This document shows, in pieces, positions 1-13,063 of a stretch of 64,000 nt of DNA. The notes beneath the pieces are model-generated. The model worked only from the letters and a program-made list of their open reading frames with translations, did not search any database and was not told where the DNA came from. Location of the stretch: NCBI GenBank assembly GCA_965202585.1, contig CBDBBG010000278.1, positions 1-64,000 of the forward strand, written 5' to 3'. The position numbers were made by a program, and so were the translations under genes. This DNA is from Thalia democratica (lineage: Eukaryota). The first letter of the stretch is position 1; the number at the start of each line of letters is the position of its first letter.

Positions 1-219
1 AAACCATTATGATGTTAAATATACAGTTTTATAGTTTTGATCTCAATATTTTTTGAAAACTTAGTCTAACCTTGGCAAAATAAATGACTACTAAAGCATA
101 ATTATGACTTTTACACAGAACTTCTGCTGCATGTTGGTCATACATAATTTTTTTTTGAAGCGTTGTCTTTTTTAAGTATAAAAACTTTGAGTTACATAAA
201 CATACATTTACAGTTTTAC

Positions 220-2222
220 CTTTATTTGAAGCGGTGGCCATCATGCTACAAGTGGAATTGAAACTGATGGCGGCAATCTTGTTCTGATGAGCTTGAACCA
301 CTGCGCCGTTCCTCAGCAGGTCGTAATCAAACAGCTGCACCTCCCCACTGTCTGCACTGACGGGTACGCCAAATGAGGTTTGTTCTTGTCAGCGCTGAGG
401 GCAATGATGCCGTCGGGGTTGCGCGGGGTGCCTTTGATGAGGTGCTTGAGGGCCATGTCATTGCTGCCGTGGATGCTGATAGTGGTTTCCATGACGACCA
501 CAAACACCTGGCGGTTCATTTTGACTGCAAGAACAGTGTTGGGATATCTGCAACAGTTGTAAAACATAAATGTCTTATAGTTTTTATTATATATTTGTAA
601 ATATTGTTCAACGACTTAAAAATGTTGGCAGCTTATAAAATTGTTTAAAAATATGCTTACAGTTTTGCGCTAAAACTCATATTCAAGCTTTTATTTGTAT
701 CCTGATGTTGAAAATCTTTATAATATTTGTCTGAAAATGAGAAGTACACATTAAAAATACAAAAAGTAAGAAACCATGGTATTGTAAATTTATAAAAAAA
801 TACAAACTGTTTTACTGTTTTTATAAAATAACCTATTCTTTTTTTTAATGTAACGTTTTTGTCATCCGTAACACAAACTAACGGTTTTTTCAAACTTTAG
901 AAAAAACAAACGTTCTTGCTGTTTATAAGATAACCATATTTATTCTTATTTTAAAGTACAACTTTTTTTGCTATTTGTAGCACAAACTAACGGCTGTTTC
1001 CAGATTTCTTTCTGCCCGCTCTTTTTGAAGTTGCAAATGTTCAGTGTCCTGGGCGAGGACATGCTCGTCAGTAAAACCAAGCTGCTTTTGTAAAACCTCT
1101 CGCACAAGCAAGCCTGGTCAAATTTGGATGTGTGTATCTGAAAAAAATATTTAAAGTTATTAAATTTTTTTATTATATATCTAGAATATATATTTATGTC
1201 AAAACGTATTTTCAAGGAAAAATTTAATCATGAATAAGTTTTTAACAAGTATCATAGCATAAATATTAACCAAACAGTATATTGTGACTTAATTGTTTTG
1301 GTACTCAAAATTATTATTTACACCTGATAATTTATTATCAGAATCAGTAACAGTTTCTAAAAATTATTTTTATCAATACTAATACCAGCTGCTATAAAAA
1401 ATTTTAAATCAGTAAAAAGCATGAATGAAGTATCTTAAAGCAGATCTTAAAGTATCTTTTGTCTATTTCGGCCATGTTACATAAGGTTTTGCCAATACTA
1501 AAATTTAAACCATTATAAATTGAATTTAGGGCATAAGAAGAAAAAATATATCACAGCTTGACTTAAATTATAGGGTTTTAACTAAGCTATAAGTTTTTTT
1601 TACGCTTTTTAATACTTAAACTTATTTTTGAAGTATAGCCTCCTGAAGTCAATGAGTACAATATGTTCCTTATGAGAGAAAAAAACTAAAACTGTGATAA
1701 ATAAAAATTACTGAAAATCTATCTATTTTAAAGCAATTTGTTTTAAACTTTTAAGGAACATTTTTTTTAATTGTACAAACACTTTGTAGGACTTGGATTA
1801 AAAAAATATTTAAAATGATCAAAAAAAAAACTATTGAACTATGTTTGGTTATACAACAACTTCAGTAAACTTAAAAAAATTGTTTATCTTAGTTTAATTC
1901 ATGCACACATTTACAAAGATTTTAAGTATTTAAACTAAGTTTCAGTAATGTTTTGATTTATTAAAACATAACCAAAATTATTGAAAAAAAAGTTTAACTT
2001 ATCTTCTAGTTAAACTATTCTTTCAACTTTAACTTCTGTTCAATTAAAAAATATTTCAGTAACATTTTCAAAAATAAAACTAACATGGTTTAGTTCTTGC
2101 ACAGACTTGATTTCATAAAGGCTGTAAGAATGTTTTTTACCCACAGACAGCAATAAGCAGTCATGAGAAAAGCTGGCATAAAAAACATTGGATTCAAAAC
2201 CGTCACACTTCATGAAGTTCAT
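220..2222 (-). CDS. WIPI2: WIPI1/2 (Atg18/PROPPIN)-like WD-repeat protein, 5' three exons (2222-2085, 1137-992, 547-~220); gene continues off the window edge; apparent 1-nt frameshift near 360
   Basis: The spliced translation NVFYASFSHDCLLLSVG..ELNH|IHTSKFDQACLCERFYKSSLVLLTSMSSPRTLNICNFKK..KEIWKQP|YPNTVLAVKMNRQ..TPRNPDGIIALS..HLAYP and SADSGEVQLFD..AHQNKIAAISFN..MATASNKG is collinear with WIPI2 as I recall it (YSNTILAVKLNRQ, TPPNPAGLCALS, LAYPGS, GEVQVFD, AHDSPLAALAF, LATASEKG). GT-AG junctions have matching phases (0, 2). WIPI1 versus WIPI2 cannot be resolved, and the exon 3 donor could be at 219 or about 205. Confidence 0.8.
877..921 (-). repeat. Decayed duplicate of the 3' end and donor of WIPI exon 2
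   Basis: Minus strand gaacgtttgttttttctaaag..aaaaaaccGTTAGTTTGTGttac versus the real gaacatttgcaacttcaaaaag..aaacagccGTTAGTTTGTGctac (992 junction). The 36-nt stretch 918-883 is bounded by cag and gttagt and has TAA in the homologous frame. Confidence 0.65.
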
Positions 2223-5200
2223 ACTTTATTTATTATGGTTCTGGTAAGACATAAAACTGTTTTAAAGTTAAATTTATGTATTAAAATAAAACAACTTGCT
2301 TTCTTACTAAATTTTTGAATTACTATATAATAAATAATTATCTAAGAAGTCTTTGTTTCTTTTTCTTTTAAATAAAAATTCATATCATTAATATAAGACT
2401 TCTACAAACATGTGGTAAAATTATAAATACTTGTAGTTTTATATTTAAGGTTTTTGCTGGACAAGTTTGTTGTTTTTTAAATTATGAACTTTCCAAACAA
2501 TAAAAAAAAATATTTGTTTACTTGTAGGTTTGAAATTTCATACATGCCTCATACAAACTTTTGCAAAAAATATAACTTGAATCAGAAAAATTAGAAAATG
2601 ATTAACTTAAATATACAAATAGAATAGTAAAACTAGTAACTTTAAGTATCAAGTTCTTTATAATGTTCCAATTGTTGAACAATAAGAGTGATACATATAT
2701 GAGCTGTTCTCAAGATTTTTAAGAAAAAATAGTTTTTTCTTACTGATGTTATATTACTTAAAAAAAAGTCTAAAAAACTAAATTTTAAAATGTTATTTTA
2801 TTAATCATTTAATTATAAAATAATTTTTAAGTAATTTGAGTATAAAAGAATGATTTAATTTAAGATATATTAAAATTTAAAGTTGAAACTGCTATTTCTA
2901 AACAAGAAATTTGAAAAATACTTTACAACCTATTTCTGAAAATATAAGGTTCAATTTTTTTTATTTCAAGCTCCCATTATAAGTTGAAAAATCATTTTGA
3001 CCATATCAGTCTCACATGTTTAACAATTAAAATAAAAAGTTAATTTTCATATTCAACAATAGCTTTTAAGTAATTAATGTTTAGGCACGTCTAATATTCT
3101 ATATAAAAACACCACAGGAAGTTTAAAAAATTGAGCTACAAAATTCCAACTTGAACGTTTTCTAATTTTCATTTTGTTTGGTCACCAATTTGAGCATTTC
3201 AAAAAACATTTTCAAACAAGTACTTGTTTAAATTTTATTATATTTTAGCCATATTAAGAACTAACTTATGTTAAAGTATCCCCTCATAAATGTAAAACTA
3301 ACAAACATTTTATAGTGAAAAACTTTATTTAAGAGTACACATTACAACAAAATTAAACAACTAACATCATGTTTATTTGAAACTACTTAATTAAAAATTA
3401 AAACTAAACTTTTTAAAAATAAATAAAATAAGCCATTTTTCATAGTAAAAACCCTTTCTGACACGGCACTCTTAATTTGAAAAATTTAAATCTTAAAATC
3501 CACAAAAATGCTTAAAGGTCAAGTTTTATTTAACAAGTCTTCAAACACTACAAAAAATTGTAAAATCACAGCCCAGTTATGTGGCATCTGCCATCAAAGT
3601 GGACCCAAGACAAGCAGTTGTAAATTTAAATCGAGATGGTAACTTACTCAAAACAAAGAATGATAAACAATTATTTACAAGAAATCTGTTGGATAAAACA
3701 GCTCATTTAAGTTTTGCTAGTTAAAACATTAACACAAAATAAACAGAATACAAATGGGTTTTAAATAAAAAATTTCAAATACAGACATAAAAAACAAAAG
3801 TCAAGGGTACTTTTTGAAATATACTTTTTGAAAAACCAAAAAAAATTTAGAAGATATAGTCTATCTGAACTCAACCTTTATTTATTTACTAACATTAGAT
3901 TATAAAAATGCATTTGTTAGAGTAATATTATAGGTTTAAAGGACTAAATATAAGTAAGCTTTCTTACTAAAACAGGTTATTTTTAAAATAGTAAAATTTA
4001 CTTTATTGTAAATAATTATTTATTTTTGTTATCTTTTTATAGACTTAAAATAGCTAACTAGTATTACAAATGAAATCTTCATATTTAAATATATTTATAT
4101 AATAATTAATGAGCACAGGATTTTTACTTTGAATGTACTGTGCACATAGTTTTAAGAGTTAGAGAACCACTGACTATGCTATTATTAATTATTTTTTATT
4201 TAGTTTTGTTACCAGTTGATATCATTATATTTTCTTTATAGTTTTATTACAGGGTGGTCACTGTTTGTTTAAAATTTTATAAAGAACTTTTAATTTTTCA
4301 GGTTTTTTATTTATAAGTTTTCTTGTCTTTTTTAGAAAAAAAAATCAAGATTACAAAACGTAATTCATAATATAAATTACAAAAAAATACTGTAACAATA
4401 TTCTAACTATGTTAATACCAAATAAAAATATTTTTTTTGTGTATGATATTTTTTCTTAGTTAATCTAAATTTAATCATTTATTGAATATAAATGTTTTTC
4501 TAGTCCACTAGTTTTTTAAATTTTTTTGTTCAATGTTTCAGTTTTTCAAGAATTACATGCCATTATCTGTTAGTTCAATAGAATCAAGATTGCTTTTATG
4601 TTTTTTGTCATTTCTCTATGTAGATTATAGTATGTATAACAACACAATGAAATGTATTTGCTACAAACAGTGTTTAACTAAGTGAAGACACATTCAAATA
4701 GATCAATATAAAAGGATAAAATATCATAAGTCTTGTAAATGCTTTGAAAAGCCCTATCACTATTTTTACCACTTAAAATTTTGTAACTGTTGTCATAATG
4801 AACTTTATATAAAAATTACACTTGTATTTGATACTTAATTATAGAACACTTTATTAAAATATTTAATTTTACATAAAAAATTGCATATATTATTGGAAAT
4901 TGGTCTAGCACTAGGAAAACAATACATTTTAATTATAAGATAATTTTTGAATTTTATCTTAAAAAAAAACATGAAACTAAATAACTAAATGATAAGAATT
5001 CTACAATAACATTTTTTGCATCTGGTCTACAAAAATTGACTTTGGTTGAGTTTCTTTTATTTTCTGCTTTGCTTATTTCAAAAATACTGTAAGTTTAAAT
5101 GTAGCCTATTTGATAACTTCTGATCAAAATTTACCCAAAAATAAATCTTGTTTTTAAATCAATGTTAAAGCTTGAAGCAATTTACGAAATCCTGGAAACA

Positions 5201-7140
5201 CTTAAATATTTTAATATTATATGATGTAACACTTTTCTCTTTTATTATTTGGTATAGTTGCAATAAAAATACAACATAAAATAATTAAAACCTAAAACTG
5301 TTTGATATAATTGTTTATATTTATAGTAAAAACTTTCTGTTTTTTTTTCTAACTCAGAGATGTTTTTAGAGCAGTTTTAAGGAATACTAATGGTAATATA
5401 ACTTAAACACCTTTAAGGAAACCTCACCTGAATTTTTCACAAGCAATTACAATTAGAAGGCTTTAATTAAATTTGTAACAAAATTTGTTTTTAGGACTTA
5501 ATTTTTTTTAAGGTTTTTGCATGCAGTATCAGAAGCTTATTGACATTCTTTTTTTTCTTCAAAAATGTATTAACTTTTTAGATAGTGAGAACAACAGAAA
5601 AAGCGCTCAAAATAAATTGGTTTAGGGACCAGGTGTATAAAAAAAAACTGAGTTATTGAGTTGTGGATACTACTTGGAAACAGTTTAATGCTTTGTCCCA
5701 AACAAAAAAAAAATTGCTTTCAAACAAGTTATTTTATTTTTTGTCACAAGTTATGCCATACTTAAGAAAAATGGTGATGATAATAGATAAAAAAATATTA
5801 AAAGTTTCTCATGTATTTTTCTTCAAGCTAGTTTTGGATAAAAGTATTTAAGAATTTTAAGAAATTTTTGAATCAAAAAAGATAAAAACACAAAAACTGC
5901 CTAGATTTAAACTTAAATAACTAAATTTTTAAAATCATTAAAACTCTATACCCTTGCTACAATAAACGTTTTCTGGGCAAGTGCAAATGTAATAAACTTG
6001 AAACAGAAAAGAAACAAAACCAGTTTTTTAAAGAAGAAATTCTGTTCTACCCAACTATGTATAAAACTTGGTTCAATTTTAAAATTTCCAAAATATTTCA
6101 ATGGTCGCTTGAACTTTATTACTTTTACAAACTTATTTGAACTTCATCTGATGCAACATTAAGCCATCTTCAATTTATTTGTCTGCAAGTAGCACTGAAT
6201 AGCTTGTATAACAAGTTAGTAACAACTTAGGGTAAGAACCTAATATCACTTTATGGAACGCATCAGTGTTGTAACTTTAACGCTTTCTGCCAAAATTCTG
6301 GGCAAAGTTTGTACATTGGTAAATTTGTAAGATTGATGCAAAAATACAGTAAGATAATTTATGCCTTTTTTTTTTGTTATCAACTTTAAAAAAAACTTGA
6401 GAAATACTAGGTACTAAAATGTACTAGAAAACTAAAACATATTAAAAACTAGTTTGTAAAACATGACTAATAAACAGTTTTAAAGTTAGTATTTGTTTCT
6501 ATTTTAAGTTCTTAAACTGACTGAGTTTAAAAAAATTAGAAATAAAATATCGTTCAAACTCTTAGGAAAGTTTAATGAGAAGGATTATTTAAAAGAGTAA
6601 ACTTAAGGTAAATAAATTTGTATAAAAAATGGTAAATTTAACAAAACTTAGTAGTAATAAATATTTTAACATATAATTGCTGATAGTTTATATTTAAAAA
6701 TATTCAATTTTTCACACCACAACTTTTGAAAAGACCAAAAAACATATATTAATTTTTTTTATTTTTATAAATTATCAAAACCTTTTGTTTTTTTCTATCA
6801 AACAAATACTGGAGTTGTAGAGAATAACTTTAAAGAAACTAAATATTATCAGACTTTTAGTAGAATTTATATGAAACTTTTCAAAATTATTTTTATTAAA
6901 ATATTATTCTAAATTTCTAATTGATCTAAAAATTCATTTGTTTCAATTGTTGTTCAATTTATTTACTACCTACCTAATTTACTTTTTTATACATTTACTT
7001 TACCTGTGTAAGGGAGTTTTAAAACTTTACAAGTTACGCACATGAAAACTACTGCATCATTTATTAAAAAAAAAACTTATTCACGAATAGAAACACAACC
7101 GTCAAAAATATAGACAACAGAATTAAGAATTTTTCATGAC

Positions 7141-8725
7141 TTATTCATCGCATTTTCCGAAGTAGTTCTTCTTTTTACCGTTCTTGCACTTCTTGTAAGT
7201 TTTCAGGTCGAAAGCGCATTCTCGGTTAGGGTAAGACATTGGATAAGGGATCAGTCTGAAGCTAAATTTTTCTCTCAGTTTGCTGAGTAATTTTCGTGGG
7301 TTTCTGTTGTACACTGGATCTCCAAGCGGGTTGATCAGAATTACAAACTTTGTCTGAAAAATAAGTTTTAAGTGCGTAATTCATAAAACTAAAACTATTC
7401 TTTTTTTTTTTTGAAACTTAAAAAAAAGAGGTTGGGCCAGAGTTTGAATTTTAATTCTAAAAGTGTAAAAAAAGTTTTTTAAGAGTACCAAAATGTGTAA
7501 TTTAAAATGGTTTGCTGTTAATATATTTATGTTGGAAATGCAAAGACCTAGTTTTAATTATAACTTATAAGTTACTTGGTTTTAATATTTTGAAATCAAA
7601 CAAAAAAAAAACAAACAACAATGACGTAAAAAAACTAATTTCAAAATACTTTAATACATTGTGTAACTTTTTACATCAATACACTTAACAGTGTAAGTCA
7701 GTCAGAGTTTTAAGATTAACAACTGTAACAGTAAACACTTGAAATTAATTAAAACTCACTTTCTTGTTAACATCCATTGAGTCAGGCACTTGCATGAAGT
7801 ACTTCATGTACTTTGAATCGAAGTGCTTTCCATTTTTAGCGTACACATCAATGTACAAATGTTGGAAAAAGTCGGCTTCATACATCTTTGTTTTGTTGAT
7901 TGCATCTGTATTAAAAAAAATACAAATTTGATAAATTCAAAGTTTATTTTTACAAAAGTAGCAGTAAAAAAATAAGTAGCATAAGACCTCCGCCTTGTTG
8001 TAATAGTTTGTAGCAGTATGAGTTTTAACATTAACAAACTTTCAAAACATTCATATTAGTTAATTTTCCAGACAATTAAGTTTATTTTTTACTTTAAACA
8101 GACTACGAACCTATCTCAAATTCAACTTTGATGTGCTGGACTTCTTTCCTCTTTTTGATTTGCTTAGTTTCAGCGTCTCTTCGCACATATGTTCTTTTGA
8201 CAATCGATCCACGGCAGTTGGTTATTTGACCATATTCGACAGGCTCGTATACACCTGTATTACAAAAAAAAAGTTTTACTTTAGGCTGTAAAGCACATTT
8301 TTCAAGAGAATTTAACTAAACTTTAAAAAAAAAAGTCGGTTTTTAATTTTTACACAATGAACTAGTAACACTTAGCTTTAGTCTCTGATGTTTTTTATAG
8401 TATATAGAGATAACCAATTAAAAAAATGCGAAAAATATATTATTAAACTTCTCATCTTTTAGAGTTATTATTTTCTTAAATTTCACTTAGCATTAGTATA
8501 AACTAGTTCAACACTTTTATTCGATTGTTGCTTTGTAAGAAAAAATAGTAAGAAAATCATACGGTTCTCAATTGGCCACATTCTTTCTATTTTGCACTCC
8601 TTGTTAAGACTTTTTCTCTTGCTGTTGAAAAAATGCTCGTTACATCTAATGTTGTCCTGCCCAGCTGCTTCAATAAGAGCTACAGACAAAATGGCTAAAA
8701 TAGCCACAGATATATAAAACTTCAT
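7141..8725 (-). CDS. Secreted, basic, 6-cysteine protein of unknown family, paralogue A (221 aa; exons 8725-8563, 8254-8111, 7905-7760, 7353-7141)
   Basis: Four exons (163+144+146+213 = 666 nt) join in frame through GT-AG junctions. Signal peptide MKFYISVAILAILSVALIEA; ends ..RECAFDLKTYKKCKNGKKKNYFGKCDE*. Confirmed by the paralogue at 11134-13063, which has the same intron positions and phases. Confidence 0.9.
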
Positions 8726-9184
8726 TTTAGTATTTCACCACCTGCAAAGATTAAAATAAATGAAAACAAATTATTTTTAAGAGGTAACAGTACTTTTAAG
8801 TTTAATTTAATTCTAAACCTATTAAATCAAAGGTATTAAAATAATTTAGTTTTACTTTTATTCTAAACTATACACAAACGTGCTTTGGTTAAAATTGCTT
8901 ATACCTTGTAAAAAGACTTTTTTAAATTAAAAAATTTGAATTTCTTTTATTCACAGACTTAAAAAACATACAACAAATTTAGAAAACTATTTTGCACACT
9001 TTAAATTGCTTTATAGTAGAAGTATCTTTAAAAATTGCTATAGTTTATTAAATCAAGAGTTCTTTTGTTAAAAAATTCTATGATACAACTTTTTTTTTGC
9101 AAGTTATTTCTTTCAAGCAATAACAGACCATGCTACTTATTTTTGATACCTTTTTCCTAAATTGCATTGCTTTTATATCTACTT

Positions 9185-9402
9185 AATAATCCAATTTATC
9201 AAAATTTGTACTTATAAGCTTAACAGAATGTAATAATATTTAATACTAATTAATCTAAGTTGTTATAAGCTTAAAAACAAAGATTAAAAACAGTGAAGCG
9301 CATTGTTAAAATCAATATACTTAGCTTAAATCTTAAGCTTATAACAACTTTGATTAATTAGTATTAAATCTTATTACATTGGAATAAATATAATGGATTA
9401 TT
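9185..9402. repeat. Long imperfect inverted repeat (MITE-like hairpin) upstream of paralogue A
   Basis: The arm atttaatactaattaatctaagttgttataagctt (9238-9272) pairs with aagcttataacaactttgattaattagtattaaat (9335-9369). The pairing extends imperfectly to about 9185/9402. No clear TSD. Confidence 0.7.
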
Positions 9403-9411
9403 TATTTTTAA

Positions 9412-9448
9412 TTTAGCTTACTACTTAAGCCTTAAGTAGTAAGCTAAA
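9412..9448. repeat. Perfect 37-bp palindrome
   Basis: tttagcttactacttaag-c-cttaagtagtaagctaaa: two 18-nt arms that are exact reverse complements around a 1-nt centre. Confidence 0.9.
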
Positions 9449-11133
9449 GTAAAACTAAATAATCCATGGAGTTTAAAATTAATAAGGAACTAATTTATAG
9501 CGGTTTAAAACGATAAATAAAGAAATAAAAACATGTTAAACTTAACCAATTGTACTTAAGAATTTAAAGTTATAGTAACAACCACTTTAAAAACTAATTC
9601 CAAAGATTAAACAGACATTGTAAGTTGTATTATATATGCAAAAAATGCTACTAAATTCTAAAAGCGGTTACAGAAAAAAAGAGGTTTTATTAAGTTTACG
9701 AAAGAACTACTAAAAGTACATTAAACTTAAAAATTTAAAAACATTTTTTCATTATGAATTTTCTAACACAAAAAAATTATTTAGTTATAAAAACCTGATT
9801 TTAATTTTTACTTCAAGCATTATTCCCTATGTTTTTTAAAATGTATCCCAAAAACATAATTCTTAAATTTACTTTTATAGAACTTATCAACTTTTTAACT
9901 TTATGAGATATGATGTACAAAATTTGTAAATACTTTACTTTGAAATTGATAAATAAAGTTTTTGATTTCTTTAGTTTTCATACTATGTGAAAATATTTTT
10001 TTTCAATATTAAATATACAAATCTTAATGATAATGTAAATGATAATTGTAAATCTTTTATAAAAAACTAGAATTTAGTTTACACATTTCTATAAAACCAT
10101 TTCTAATGGCTTGATAGGTCAAAAAAGTTAATGTTGGATAACACAGTTCTAATAACTAGTACATAATCCGATAAAGGAAATGAAAAGCCAAGTCGCTTTG
10201 TTATTGTAAAAACTGTTATTGTAATTTAAAAAATTAAAATTCTTAAAAACATATTCTTTCTACTGAAATAAACAACTTTTAATTTTTCAATTAACAGTCA
10301 ATGACTTCTTTGTTAATATAGATTTGTATTATAAAAGTAAATTAGTAAATAAGTATACTAGTTTACATGTTTTTAATAATGATAAGTATACTTTTATAAA
10401 AATATGGCAATTTGATAACACTTCATTTTAAACTTTAGTAAAATTTTTTAGTTTATCATACTGTTTTTGAGATCATTTTTAGCAAATTATTATTTTTAAA
10501 CTTGTTTTGAATACTAGTCTTTTTATCAATTTGAGTCTAAAGTGTTTCCACTTTGGTATATTATTATATTGAAGTTGTTTAAACAATAATTTTAAGTTAA
10601 AAACTAATAATTCAAAATATATTAGTTTCCAAAATAAAAATATATCACATTTATACATCTTAAAATGAAAATAAATACAATATAAATTATTGAATTTGTT
10701 AGTTACTTTTTTAAGACTTTTCTATCAGAGATTTAGTTTTTAAACTTTTCGAAAATGTGTAATAATACACATTAGTAACTTTTGTATAGCAGACCCAGTT
10801 ATTAAGTATATAAAAGTATCTGGAATAAAAAATGTAATAAGAACATGTTTTTCTGTCCAATAGATAAAATAATTCTAGTTAAAATTTATTATCCATATAG
10901 AGAAAAAACTTAGTAATATTTACTTACTGTCAAACGTTTTTTTTTTGTTCTCGAAGTTATTTTCAGTCGAATTTTAAACTAAACTAAAAGTTTAACAAAA
11001 TTATAATACTTAAAATGTATATAAAATGTTAGATACGTTTTACTTTAAACAGGTAGATATATTTACAGCAATATATTTTTATTATACACAAAAAAAAAAA
11101 AACAAGAAAAATCAAAAGAATAAAAAAACAATA

Positions 11134-13063
11134 CTAGTTGTTGCATTTTCTGAAATAATTTTTCTGTTCTCCGTCCGGACAAGTCTTGTAAGTCTTCAGG
11201 TTTATGACGCATTGCCTGTTCGGGTAGGAAACGGGGTAGGGTATCAGGGTCAGTATGAAGTCTTCCCTGAGTTTGCTGAGCACTTTTCGCGGGTTTCTGT
11301 TGAACACCGGGTCTCCAAGCGGGTTGATCAGAATTTGAAACTTGGTCTGAAATTTGTTTGATTAAATTAATAAACCTTGTTTTTGTGTTATATTACATAA
11401 AGAGCATATAAAAGTTATAAAAAATACTTTGCCTAAACGTTTGGGTACTTCGTTTATTGATCAGAGTTTGGGATTTGTCTGAAAGTTGTTAGTTTTAAAT
11501 AAATAAAACTAAGTCTAGAAAAGTATTATAAATTTAAAGATAAAAAGTGATCTTTCGAAAACTTTATATTATTAGTTTGCCATACTGTTTATAAAAAATA
11601 GAACAATAAGTCAATTTAATATGCACTGTTAAAATTGTATTGTTACGAAACCGTTAAAATTATGATGGATAATTTTCCTTCGTTTCTAATATTTATAATT
11701 ATTTTCGTAACGAGCTTTAGCAAAAAACGTGTACTAAAAAAAATAACAATTTTTTTATCTAACAATAAAAGTAAAGTGATTTAAAAGTCTCCACCAGAAA
11801 CACAGTTTTATAAAGCTCTGTAGAAGTACTTTGATCCGTATACTAGATCAGTTTTGTTTATTATTGATAAACTTGAAGTATCATATATATTCATGTAGAG
11901 TATAAGGTAATATTAGAAATACTCAAGTTTCCTTTTTCAATAAAATAACAAGAACAAAATGACGTTAAACAGTCTTTTAGTCATTATAACGACCTGTAAA
12001 CTCAAATGTCAACTGCCGTTAATACTAAAACGTTTAAAACCTTTTAAATTGAGAATTTTAGCAAAATAAACAACAAAGTACAAAAACTTGCTTTTTTATT
12101 AGCATCTAGGGAATCGGGCATGTGCATGAAGTACTTCAAGTGTTTGGAGTCGAGCAGATTGCCGTTGTTCGCGTAAACGTCAATGTACAGGTGCTTGAAG
12201 AAATTCGATTCGTACAAATTGTTTTTGTTAATTGCATCTGAAATTAATATTGAACAAATTATGAAAAGTTAACACATATTTTTTGATGTGAAAGGTCAAG
12301 CTGAAAATAAAACATCCTTAGCTTGTAAAAAAACAAACTTAATGTCACTTTATTGCTATTATAAATTGATTTAAGACTCATTTTCAGCATGTATAAATAA
12401 CTATAAAAATAACTTAATAATACTTCTTGAATTAAACAAAATAGATACCAATTTCAAAGTCCACTTTTATGTACTGGATTATTTTTGATCTTTTCACTTG
12501 TGGGTTGTTAAAGTCTTTTTGGGTGTACGTTTTTCTAACTATTTCCGCACCGCAGTTCATTATTTGACCGTATTCAACAGGCCTGAACAAAACTGTAACA
12601 AAATAGATAAATTAAATTTTGAAAACTACATTTTACAAAAAATAATTACAACAACATTATTTAGTTTAGGTTAGACCGTTTACTTTTGAGTTACTAACTT
12701 CTTAGAACTTTAGTTGATATATATATATATATCTATTTATACAAAAAAGCACCATAAAAAGTCTATCACAACTGTTTTCACTAAAAAGTTTCAAAAATAC
12801 CTAAAAAAAAGTATGCACATGTAAACTCATGATTAGGTTTCATGAAGCAGTCTTTCTTTACATTTAACAGATATATTAAAATAAAAAACAAACTAACAAA
12901 ATGGAATAGGCCACATTCTTTCTATAAAGCACTTCTTATTGGTGCTTCTTCTCCTTACAGCGTTGAAAAATCGCTCACTGCACTTTATAGTGTCCTTTTC
13001 AACAGCCTGAACCAGGACTACAGACAAAATGGCTAAAACGGGCAAATAGATGTAAAATTTCAT
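11134..13063 (-). CDS. Secreted, basic, 6-cysteine protein of unknown family, paralogue B (222 aa; exons 13063-12898, 12592-12449, 12237-12092, 11346-11134)
   Basis: Exons of 166+144+146+213 nt are in frame. Signal peptide MKFYIYLPVLAILSVVLVQA. Blocks shared with paralogue A include IERMWPI, PVEYGQI.NC, DAINK, HLYIDVYA, ILINPLGDPV.NRNPRK and YPNR.C. Intron 3 starts GCAAGT (GC-AG). Confidence 0.9.

Noticed and set aside
373-600. Plus-strand ORFs over the WIPI exon, and similar antisense or off-frame ORFs over GC-rich exons (for example 11026-11361, 24443-24643, 32922-33218, 42465-42719, 54546-54857)
   Set aside because: They are shadows of GC-rich coding exons in another frame or strand and have no independent protein features.
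3567-3646. Slightly GC-richer stretch bounded by cag and gtaact that reads PSYVASAIKVDPRQAVVNLNRD
   Set aside because: No partner exons or recognisable similarity, so it cannot be supported as a gene.
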